DNA from: Lama glama
Taxonomy: Eukaryota
Assembly (NCBI GenBank): GCA_028534125.1
Contig: CM052816.1
Coordinates: forward strand, 34,350,001-34,414,000
DNA: 64,000 bases
Reading direction: 5' to 3'
Both the position numbers and the translations under genes were made by a program. Shown here in pieces: positions 50,725 to 62,135 of the stretch. The notes beneath the pieces were generated by a model. That model made no database searches and was not told the DNA's origin. It saw only the letters and a list, made by a program, of their open reading frames with translations. Positions within the stretch are counted from its first letter, which is position 1; every line of letters begins with the position of its first letter.

Positions 50725-53700
50725 GATTTTTAAGGTCCTTCCTTAGCCTAATAGGACATTAGTTCAAAAATGTATTTTATCAAAGGGACTACTGTTGTGG
50801 TGTGAGTACCTGTGTGCCTCTATGTGTGAAGGCGAGTGTGTGTATGTATGTGCCTGTATGTAGTTTGAAGGGGAGGCTAAGAAGGTAATGCAGAGATAAG
50901 AAAAAAGAACATTAATTCCAAAGACTCCAGCCCTTTTTGATGTTGTGTGTCCTGGCTCTCCCTAGCAGCACACTGGTTTCTGTGAACAGAACTTGTCTCC
51001 CCTTTCAGAGCTGTCCCTCTTAACCAGGTTTCATGCCCTGTGAGAGGCTGCAGCCAGCTTCTGAATTTTACCAGGCCAAATTATGCCCCAAAGAAATTGT
51101 TTCAAGTATAATCAGCATCACTGGGACTTTTTTCTGATTAGTATGGGAATGGTCAGGAGCTTCTCAAGTACCATTTATCCCACTAATTCTATTCTTTGCT
51201 TCACAAGAATACATTACCTTTTTTTTTCCCTGTCCAGCAATCTATGACTGGCCATTCTAAATCTATAAATTATGCAGGAATCTCTTCTGTGCAGAGATCA
51301 AACCTGGATGACTATGTGGCTTTTACTCACACCAAAAGCATGCAGTCAGCCTCATCCTGGAAAGAGGGGCCCTCCCACAGCAGGAGTTACAGAAACACTG
51401 TTCACATGATCAGAAGCCCAGTTTTGCTCCTGTTTCCCTCCTGCCCCCAACAATTAGCCTCACTCAGAGTGTCAGCTCGCCCTCATCCTAACGGCACATG
51501 GTGATAAAACAGGAGCTGGCCTCTGAGATCAGGGGGTGAGCGCTTGTCTGGGATCCGTCTCCTCCAGTGATTCTAAAGTGACCCTTCCAGGGGGGTAGAA
51601 GGCATCACCTTCATCACCTAGCATCTCTCAGGTAGTGGTTTCCAAAACATTGACCCTGAGGTGGTTAGAGGTCATGCAGGAATCGGGAAGGCGAGGATCC
51701 AAGGTGATTTCAGACAGGCTGTTCAGATGGCCACGTGGAGGGGCCACAGCACTGAGTTCCACTCCAGTCTGCGTGAGGATCAGCGCTGGGCATCAGCACA
51801 TCATCCAGTCTGGGAACCATGTGGGGACAAAGGTCTGAAAGGTACGACCACTAAGGGTCCTGTCCCCACTGGGACACAGGAGAGCTGCCAAAGGAAAGAG
51901 GTCCTTCCTCTGCAGTCTGGAGTGGAGATAACAAAGATCCAGTAATGCAGACAAAATACGTGCCTGGAGACAGGAAGCCTGGATTCCAGTCTTGAACCTT
52001 TTTTTGATCAGCCTGTCTTGGTCAAGGCTTTCTCAAAAAAAAAATTATAGCTAAGGAAAACCCAATCAAATTAGCTTAGGCCAATAGAACCTTGTGTGTA
52101 GGTCTTGCATAGAATCCAAGGGAAACCAGCAGAGCTGAACGCCTGAAGAAAGTCGAACTAGAAACTAGAAAGCCACAAAGAATCAAGGCAGCTTCTCTGT
52201 TTTCTCCTCTAGGTTTGATGTGTGGCTGCATCGCTTCTGTCTCTGCTTTTGCATACCCGCAAAAGTTGGCCCTCCATGTGTAAATGTCCTAAGTTGGAGG
52301 AAAAAAAAAAAAACAAACAGCTGAACTGACAAGTATTGCTGAATTTCATTTCCAAATTCCCAGGTGAGAGACTACACAGGTGCGGTCAGGGCCCCGAGCC
52401 TGGTCCGGCCAGCTGTGGCCTGGAACAGGGGTTGGGGTGGGAGGGAGATCACACAGTGAGAAGAGCTGTCAGCGGCAACCTCTGAGAACTGGGCAGGGTT
52501 GAGGGAGTGGCCGGGACCAGGAGGGGCTCCCTGCACTGGACACACTGCCAAAATGCCTCCGCACTAGTACATAACCTGCTTGGATTCCAGCTCCTTGAGG
52601 ACTTTAAAATTCTAGTCCCTAAAGTCCTTCCTGCGAGTCTTGAGTTCTGTCCATCCTAACTTTTGCCCTCGGGAAGGGCAGACAGTCCCTGCACCAATGT
52701 AGTAAGCCCTTTGGTCACAGGAGAGATATGGAAATGCAAGGACAAGTCTGGAAAAATAGGGGACAGATTCTGTTGAGTGTACTCTTATCCACCGCCCCCT
52801 CTCCCCAGTGCATAAAGGAGGAGACAGCAGGAGTCTGAGGGACGTGCTTCAGTTCACCTGTTAAGGCCCAAGGGGGACCACGGGCAGCATTACCATTGCA
52901 CTAATGGACGAAGTTTCAAATGTCTTACAAAAGTTATGGGATCCCCAAAGACCCAGAAAGAGCTAGCATGCAGCCCTAAGAACCCAGCTTGGTTCTCCAC
53001 TGGAGAAAGTGGAGCGCTGGGCAGAAGGGGGCTCCTTGTGCAGCCGGAAGAGTTCTCTTCACAGGCAGCAAAGACGCATCTCCAGCTTGTATGGGGATGT
53101 GGGCTCCACGTTATATACACAGGCCCTTTTAGGGATTCCTTACTATAGCACATTCATGTCGGTTTACTTCCCATTTTAGCCCATAAATCATCTCTTTTTC
53201 ACACTCCTGTCTTCCTAAAAATGGTTGAGAAATTATATGACCCAAAGACACCATGCCTGGACTGGGGTTTCCTTCAGCGTCAGTCACTTTTGAATCAAGT
53301 ACTTTTAGCTGCCGTCTTGCTATTTTTCTAAATTACTGTCTTCAGTAAATGCTTCAGTAAAACAGTCTTTTTATTATTCTGATGGAATTCAGCAAACGGT
53401 GTCTATGGGACTTCTGTTTTTGTGAAGTACTCTGTTGCCAGGATACCCGGGGTGAAGATGTCAAAAGACGACACACTGGAAGGACAAGCTATAGTGAATA
53501 TCCCAGAACCAGCCCCTTGCATACTAATCATTCTGATTTACCCTATGCTGTTTCCATTTGCTATAGGAAAGATACTAGAGTCCAGAGTTTCTAAATAATA
53601 AACTATCCAGAGAACAGAAAACATGCATTATAAGGAGGGCAAGGTGTGCCTAATTCCCTCCTTTTTTACCTTTCCTTTAAAATGTGGTACCAAGACCATT

Positions 53701-56664
53701 AGAGACAAATTCTGTGATTTCATTAATGCAAGTAAGGAGATGAAAGAGAAATAGATTTCTACGCTGACAATTCAGGAAGAATTTTAAATAGAGTGAAAAG
53801 GAAAAGAAAAGGATGAGAAGAATTAAAGTACTAACAACAACAGAAAGCCTCCATGGTCACCTAGTTATTTAAAAAGCATAGAATAAGCATTTTATTAACA
53901 AGTATTTTTCAAGCACCTTCTAGGTATATTACATGATACTAAAGAGGGCCTTCCTTAGACTTAAACTAGATGTATTTGAAATGAAATAGAGGTAAATTTC
54001 TATATCCAAATAAATAGAAAAAGAGAAAAGACAATTCTACAGGAGTTGAGACCGACTTGGCAGTAACTCCCAAGACTATAGCAGACAACAGATTATAAGT
54101 AACCAGAATGTGTCATGGGGTGGGAGGGACGATTGAACTTTGGACTGTCTCAATAATACTATCCTGATCACATGAAGGTATTGTACTCTTAGAATATGGG
54201 CTGGCCATGCTAGGTGACACATAACATATCATGTATAACAGAGCCACGACATTTCAAGAACAATGCTAACTACATACATTCCAGATGAGGCCAACAAGTT
54301 TGGTAGAGATGAGGAGAAGGACTGAGCAGAGGGAAAATCCTAGAAACTACTCTATCAGAATGCCTATTAAAGAAACTGAGGATGCTTAAGCCAGAAGTTC
54401 ACCATATTGCTTAAAATGCTATTGACAGTGAAGAAATCACCAATACATCCATCTTGACCAAAAATTGCCTAGCCTCAAAAATAGCATTGCTCTGTCATCA
54501 TTCAATGAGTAAAAACTGGAATATTCTATGTCCCAAAGAAAATTATTTGGCAGTCAAACCACTAAGTCAGCACGGGGGCTGGGATCTGACGGCCTCCTGC
54601 TCTCAGAGGTGCTATCCTGATCCAAGTCTGTGGTTCTGAGGGCGTCTTCTCTCTTGGCCAGGCGCTCTTTTCCTCACCAGAGAAGGAAAAAGACAACTGG
54701 GAGGGCTATTCTTCTCTGCAGGGAAGAGGTTTCTCGCTGCCAATGACAAGTTCAGGGAGAGCCACAGGAGTGGGGGCTGTCACTTTGGGCCTGAGCTTTT
54801 ACCTCAAAGAGACACAAAGCGACCGCAGATCCTGAGCCCCCATGTACGGAAATCCACTCCAAGAGTCCTGCTCCATTTTACAATGCTCATCCAAAGAAGC
54901 TAACAGAATATAAAAATCATTCTTTTTAAAACTAAACCACCTTTTCCACAATTTGTCTCAAAATATGCTGCGAATACCTTAAATGTAGCCCAACTGAGAC
55001 TGCTTAAGGTGTTTCTAAAGGAAGAAATTCCTGCCCTTCCTCCCTTCCTGCTGACAGCCTGGCTTTTAAAATAATTTGAATACAATGATGAACAAGAAAA
55101 GGGACCATCAAGACTTTCAGAAAAACATCAGGCCATGAAAAATAAAAATAATACAGTCAGCCTCTATCAACAACATGGCATATAAAAACACCAGAAGCCA
55201 GAATTTTTATACTGAAAAATTCAGATTAATTTATATACTAGCTAGACCAGCACATGTAAAGGTTAACTGCAATGATTATACTTAGAGTGCTTACTACATA
55301 TTATTAAAATGAAAACAAATAACACAAGGTTAGTTGTGAACAGATAGCAGTATTTTAAAACAGCTTGTCAGCGCTTCAGTATGCATAAGGAACTTTAAAA
55401 GGTTCATGCCTTTGACCCTATAATTCCTCTTCCTTAATTTTCATACTAAAGAAATAATCCCAAATAAAGACAAAAATTGATATTTCATTAATTTGAGACA
55501 AATGAAATCTAACATTTGAAGAATTATGTAAGTGCCACAAAATACATCACATTCAAACATGATAAAATTATAACATAATATGAGCCAAAAAAAATTAAAA
55601 AGGTGGGGGGAATAAACAAATTGTAGAAATGTAACCAAATAAAACATGTCAAAACAGTGGTTGCATTTGAATGGTAGAAACACAGACAGTATTTCCCATA
55701 ATAAACACGCACTGCACTGATGAGGAGGATTGGTAAGGGAAAGCCTGTTAAATGTGTTCACTCTCCTGTAGTTACCTTTATTCCACGTGAAGTAATAAAT
55801 GGGTCATAGAAAAAGGAAAAAATACCATCTGGTTATGTCTAGACCTCTACATCTTGCAAATACGTGACAATGGTCACTTTACTGTAATTCACGTTTAACC
55901 AGCTGAAACCAACTGCCTCAGAATGGTTGTGTCTGTCCCAACTTTTAGTCTCGCCAGCATGGAGATTTGCCACTTTTTAAAATTAATTTTCTTCTGTTAC
56001 TGGAGACTGAAGCGCCAGAGAACTCACAAGACTTTCCACAGAAATAACATGTTTCCAGAGGAAGCTGAGTTTGCTTCAAAAGAACACGAGAGAGAGGGGC
56101 TGGAGCCCAGAAAAGCATCAAAAGCCTCAACACGTGAAATACATTGAGAAACATCGAAAGTGCCCTGGAGGGTCCGGGTGCAATTATTACGTACCCCTGA
56201 GTGGAAATAATTGCCATGCTACGTTGAAAGTCAGCAATCCTGTGTCTTGTACTAGAATTACTCCTAATTCATTTCCTTCTTTACCCCCTAGCTCTCTTCA
56301 GTTAATTCTCTGCCCCATTTCCATCACAAAAACGTGTTTAAACTGCAGCGAGGTACAATCTAACCTTACCGTCACTTCAGGTGAAAAGATTTTGTCCTTA
56401 CACAAACTTCTTAGCTCCCTGCTGGGTTTCATGCACACTTACGGGGGTTTTCACATATACATATATTGACACAGTTAATTCTCGTAAAAACTCGGAGATA
56501 TTTCTACTCACTGTATGAGGAAGCTGAGACTCAGATTTTAAATTACTTTTTCATCGCTCACAGAAAATCCAGGGTGTAGAAGATTTTTAGCTCTAAATCT
56601 TATTTTTCTACTATACCACAGTGGATGTCCCCTGGATGAAATGTGTTCTGGGTTCGCTAGAAAT

Positions 56665-56796
56665 CCTGTAACCACATCACTTATCATCCAGGTGGGGACA
56701 GTTTTTAGAGGGAAAGGATTATTGTTCATAATTGTGCACGGACAACTGGCATAAATTGGGACAAGTCAGAGAAAACTGAGGTAATTATCCCAACTA
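56665..56796. mobile_element. hAT-Blackjack MITE, MER94/MER81-like
   Basis: TTATCATCCAGGTGGGGACAGTTTTTAGAGGGAAAGG..GGACAACTGGCATAAATTGGGAC. Confidence 0.6.
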
Positions 56797-57766
56797 AGGT
56801 GAGAAAGGTACAAAATTTAGCTGAGAGCCTCCGCCAGCCCACCATACACACAACCATGGGCTTAAGGAACGTGTTGCAACCTAACAAACAAAGTTGTCAG
56901 CTGAATGGAAGTCACTGGGCCATTGTTTGTCCCAAGAAACCATCCCTATGAGACCAGGGGCAGGGACAATTCAAGCAGCTCAGCCACTCAAATAATCTTA
57001 CTTGAAAAGAAGCTGCACTGATGGACTATCATTAAAGACAAAAAGTTTGAAAAGGACTTCTAATCATTTCCAAAGGAGCAGGCTTCTACCAGACATAGAG
57101 GCCTCTGCCTCATAGTTATTTCTCGGTTAATATTTAAGTGCTAACAAATGTAACTTTCTGTACAAACGGCCTGTAACCAGTGCAATTTATATGTGCTTCC
57201 TTCTCCATCCCCTCTAGCTAAAAAGCACTGAAAACGCAAGTGAAAAACAACCAAAACACACTGCTGGCTCCGTTGGCTGAGTCTGAGGACAGTTCCAAGC
57301 CAGTGGTTGAATTTCAAAGGAAAATTTGCATCTTTTTCCTTCTACCTTCTCCGTTCTCATCAGCACATCAGAGCGCCTGGAATCAGCTAGGATTCTAAGT
57401 CAGGACAATATCCACAAATATACAAGTCGAAGCATCCCTCCCACATTGCCCTGGCCAAGGCTGACTGCAGAATGGTGTGGGGCAGCACAGAAGCAACCCT
57501 GGCCGGCTCTGAAGCTGAACGGACACGTGGACGGGGAATGCTGCCTGCCGCCTCAGTGCTAGAAGCGTCACCGCCATAGCACTGACCGACCGGTGAGCCT
57601 TGCGGGGGGGGGGGGGGAGGATTCAGAACGGAGAGAAACAAGGAGCACGCTGGGCTTTGGATACTGGCCCCAGACACTTAAGCCGCATGTCTAAGGAATG
57701 ATTTCCCTGAGCCAGACTCTTGCATCCTCCCATACATTGAAAAGCACTAAAATGATGAACTTGAGG

Positions 57767-57981
57767 TGTCAGTTCTTTGTGACTAACAGTAATCTTTTGA
57801 TATTTAACTACATTTGGGGGGGGTGCAAAAAACTCCTATATATCCTGGCTCCTCCCTTAGCTCGTCAGAGCAGTCCCACAGAGCCCCATGAGAGGCTGAC
57901 TCCCCGCTACCATCACCAGTAAAATCCCCGAATAAAACTTAACTCACAACTTTTAGCTTGTGCAGTTTTCTTCAGTTGACA
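57767..57981 (+). mobile_element. ERV LTR 3' part (artiodactyl type)
   Basis: TATA-like CTATATAT (~57836), AATAAA at 57931-57936, terminal CAACTTTTAGCTTGTGCAGTTTTCTTCAGTTGACA. Confidence 0.7.
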
Positions 57982-58559
57982 GACACCTCAAGGAAACTCT
58001 TCGACGCCCAGTCCTCAAAGAGACGCTGGATACTGAACTGCCCTGGCTCCTGGCCTCTGAGCCAAGGGGGCGTTCCTTTCTAGCAGAAGAGCCAAATGAG
58101 TTTCAGGCTGAAACAGCTCAGGTGGCACCACTTTAAAAGCAAATGAACTACTGCCCATCAGGTAGGAGAGCTGAACCTGTGGCACGGGGCAGCCTGAGGG
58201 GATAAACGTGAGACGTAAAAAAGCCCCAGAGAGGGTGAGTTTCAGGAAAGCATACTTATCAGAGTTTAAAATTACCAGAAGAGACCAACACACGTTTTAG
58301 AAAAGTCTCTTGCAAAATCAAAACCAGTAATCCACGTTAAAGCGGGAATCTCTAACAGGATCTCCTACAGCTGAGGAAATTGGCTGGGTTGTCTTTAAAT
58401 CTATAGGTATCCCTCGTTCCTGAAGAGCAGCTGTGTGCAGTCACTGTCCCTGGAATAGCTGGTCCCCCTTCACTGAGCACTTTTGGGTTTGTTCCTATGT
58501 TTTCACTCATCACACCCATAATAGTGCATCAGAGGTAGGAATATCGCACAGTAGTCAAA

Positions 58560-58800
58560 GGCTGGAGTCCAGACTCAGAGTCCATGACTTCAAGTCCTGG
58601 TCCCACCTCTCATTAAATGTGTCTTTGCAGGTTTACATAATTGCTCTAGGTTTGTTTCTTGCACTTCAAAAGGTGGGGAAGGGGTAATAATGGTGCTTAG
58701 CACAGGGGGTGTGGAAAATTAAGTGAGTCAATATATGTGAAATGGTAGAATAGTGTCTGGCAAATAGCATACACCATGTGAGTGTTGATTATCATTATGG
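58560..58800 (+). mobile_element. MIR SINE
   Basis: GCTGGAGTCCAGAC..TTCAAGTCCTGG..GGGGTAATAATGGTGC..AGAATAGTGTCTGGCAAATAG. Confidence 0.7.
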
Positions 58801-60279
58801 ATAATAGAAACACATGGGTTGCTTCTCACAATTGGACAAATTATTCATGCTTCTTGCTGTTTTAAGCCCTCTTGTGAGGCAGCTAACAAGAATAAGTTAA
58901 ATAAAATAGAATAGCATAATTTTCAAGCGTGAGCAAAAGAAATAAAAGCAAGGTTCTAAAATTAAGCAAGGATGTTTATTGTTTGTATTTTTTAAAATTT
59001 TGAATTGACCTCTCAAAGGAAAGACAGTAGTTGGACAGAGACATGGGGAAGTGCCACCCATCCTCACACATGATGTGCCATAGAGCAAATGCTGCAGTCT
59101 GTTCTTTCTTAAATCATTTTCAGGTTGGTGTGTCATTATTGCTTCCTTTGAAGTCAACATTTTTGCTGGCTTTCTTCTCTTTCCTTTGCATCAGATTCTT
59201 AATGCTTGTGCTAGAAATGTATAGCAGGGGTGAGCAACACACTACTAAAGAAAAGAGGCAGGAGGACGTGGAAGCTAAGAACAAAGGCAGACACAGAGCA
59301 AAAGGCAAAGAAGAGAATCAGGAAGCCTAAGGTGCTTACAGCACTCCTTGCCTGGCCCTAGAAAGATGTGCTCTGGCTACACCAGAGTCCTCTGGGCCCC
59401 CCTGGATCTACAGGGAATTCCCAGCCTGACCTCTGCTTCCAATTAATACTGCCAATTAACATTTTCATCAGGTGATTCATTTGCTTTCTGTACATGGTAA
59501 TGACCTCAGAGTTCTTCCTTGTCTTGGGAGAATTTATTCACCAAAAATGTCTGCTCCAGGAACCAATTAGGCAAGCACTGTCTTAAAGAATTTTCCCGTG
59601 GTTTGAATATGAGGATTAACTTCACTGTGGGTCATGTTTACGTGTCACATAAACCACAAAGTTATTGATATTCTAGAACTAGATGATTACAATAACAACT
59701 CCTGTTTAGATTCATGAAACTAGAGGGGATCTCTTAGAGATCACAGAATTCTGCTTCCTTATTTTACAGCTGAGATGAAGTGACCTTCCTCAGACCTCCT
59801 TACCCTGATCTTATTAGAGTAAGGGCTGATGCACAAAGGGAAATTTCTCATCAAAAGAGATTATTGGAACACAATGCATGATTTTTCTCATTTTTCAGTT
59901 TTGTCAGTTTCTGAGCATCTCTCCTGCTCTAAGCTGCTGTCTCGGGAGCTAGGTGTGTCAGAGTGTTTACTGCTGTGGCTCTGGGCGGGCCATTCGGGAC
60001 CCACTGTGGGTTCCTTTCTGGCCACCTAGCTGCCATCTGTCAGTGTAGCCATTGTTATTTCTCATGAGAATCAGCTGTAGCTTGAGACAAGTTGCCACTT
60101 GTCAGGGGGAAACCACATCACCAAGATTACTACATGGGGAAGCATAATCTTGTTTAAAATTTAATCAGTACATTCACGCTGAAGGGCCAGAAGCTAATTC
60201 TATACTTGGGTACATGAGATTTATGCCACCTATTTTTCTGACTTCTCAGAAACATGGTAGCAAAAGTAATGACCCCTGG

Positions 60280-60450
60280 AAATAGACTGCCTTGGTTACC
60301 AGCTATATGATCTGAAGCCAATCTCTCTAAGCCTCAGTTTCCTCACATGCAAATGGAGACTCTAACAATAGTACCTATGACATATGGTTATTGCAAAATG
60401 TAAATGAGATAAACTAAGTAAAGCACTAGTGCATGTAAGCATTAAGTAAA
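60280..60450 (+). mobile_element. MIR SINE
   Basis: CTCTCTAAGCCTCAGTTTCCTCACATGCAAATGG..TAGTACCTA..AAATGAGATAA..GTAAAGCACT. Confidence 0.8.
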
Positions 60451-61189
60451 GCAAAAGAAGTATCTCAAGCCTGGGGAAATGACACACTCATTTCACATAA
60501 TAAGGTAATTAAAAGAGATGCCACGCTGTCAGGGGATTAACCTTTGTAACGCGAGACTTCTGACTGTTGTTTTAGATATATCATTCTGAGAACAGACCAC
60601 TGAGGGGCTTCTTCTCCCTCCCCTTCTGTACCCTCATGACGCAATGCTTTTATGGCTGCCACTTTCCCCCCAAAACATACTCCATTCAGCATAAAAAACC
60701 TGTATGGAGCAGAAAATGACTGATCTCCCATGTTTTGAAGCTGGACACAGGAAATGGCAGAAACTTAAGGGATGGGGAGTAAAGGAGTTAAAAGCACTGA
60801 GAAACTGTAGGGATTGTCATAGGGAAGAAGGAGGGAAGGACAGCCAGGTGTTCAACATCCCCAAGAATCTAGAATGCAACTTGTATGCAAATTGAATAGA
60901 TTAAGGAATCTAGTTTTGCTTCATGGCGGGGGGGGGGGGGCGGGGGGTTTCGGAGAATACGTGTTTTCCCCGTCCCTACCTCCAATTTCTAGCAAATACT
61001 TGGATTTCTTCCATTTGGAAGTAGGGAGGGAGGAAGAAACGGGTACAGCAATTGGTGACCTTCATAGTATAGCTGATTCAGACAAGAATTATCAAAGGAT
61101 GGTAAAACAATTGGGGAAAAGGTTGATGGAAAACAGCATAGTTTGCAAACACTAATTACAAAGAAGAACGTGGTAATGTTACAGAGGAT

Positions 61190-62135
61190 GCCTCATAACC
61201 ACACAATCCAAGCTAACATTACCAACAATGAGACAGACATAGCATGCCTTCCGGGACAATGCATTAAGATGGACAGTATTACTTGCGTAATATTCCTTCC
61301 AAAAATGTACCATCTGAAAGCAATCATGAGGAAAGAGACAAACACAAATCAATGGATATTTTACAAAACAACACAAGATAACTGAAGGCTGAGGAAATAT
61401 TCCAGATTAAAATAGAGTAAAGAGAACAATGAGAGATCCTAGATTCAATTGTGGATCAAAAAAAATATGATACGTATAAGAGATTTGTTGAGATGACATC
61501 TAAACCTGAACTGTATATTAGAGCATTGTCAGCCGAGGGAGGCTGCAGAAGGATTCGAGGAGATGAGCTGCCCAACTGGAAGAAAGCACGAGGAGCCCAC
61601 ATGGAGCAAAACAGCAATTTACTGCAGCACAAGCAGGTGGTGTGCACACTCAGATGTGCACACTTATCCTTTTATGATGCTAGTGGCGCATGCGTATTGT
61701 TCCTAATGCAGATTCATGCTACTGGCACATGCGTACATTGACCTCTTACCAGGTGCAAGCTATTGTGAACTTTAGCGTGGGCCCCATGGCCTACTCACTT
61801 AAGGCTGCTGACAAGAATATTATTATATTAACAGTAAGTTTCCCGAATCCCATCTTTATGGTGGGTAGGTAAAAGAACATACTTGTTTTCAAGACAGACA
61901 GAAGTATTTAGCGGTAAAAGTTACGGCATCTCAAATCATTTAGCAAGTTTAATAAGAAGAAAGAGGAGGAGGAGAAAAGTATGTGCATGGAGAGGGCAGA
62001 TAGAAAGAGGGAAATAAAGCAAAGATTGCAAAATGTTAACATGGGTGAATCTAGGTAAAGGGTGTATGGAAATTCATTATGTTATACTTGGACCTTTCTA
62101 TAAATTTGAAATTTTTTCAAAATAAAACATTTTGT
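61190..62135 (+). mobile_element. Old LINE-1 3' UTR (L1MC/ME-like), interrupted by a solo LTR
   Basis: GCAAAATGTTAACATGGGTGAATCTAGGTAAAGGGTGTATGG..TAAATTTGAAATTTTTTCAAAATAAAA terminal motif. Confidence 0.75.
61527..61813 (-). mobile_element. Solo LTR (287 bp; the 5-bp TSD suggests class III/ERVL)
   Basis: Terminal inverted repeat TGTCAGC..GCTGACA, TSD AG(C/A)AT at 61522-61526 and 61814-61818, minus-strand CATAAAAGG (TATA-like) and AGTAAA (poly(A)-like). Confidence 0.8.

Noticed and set aside
52195..52350. Plus-strand exon-like segment with good acceptor and donor
   Set aside because: It appears to lie in a decayed antisense MLT1-type LTR, contains an A-tract, and has no coding signal or other support.
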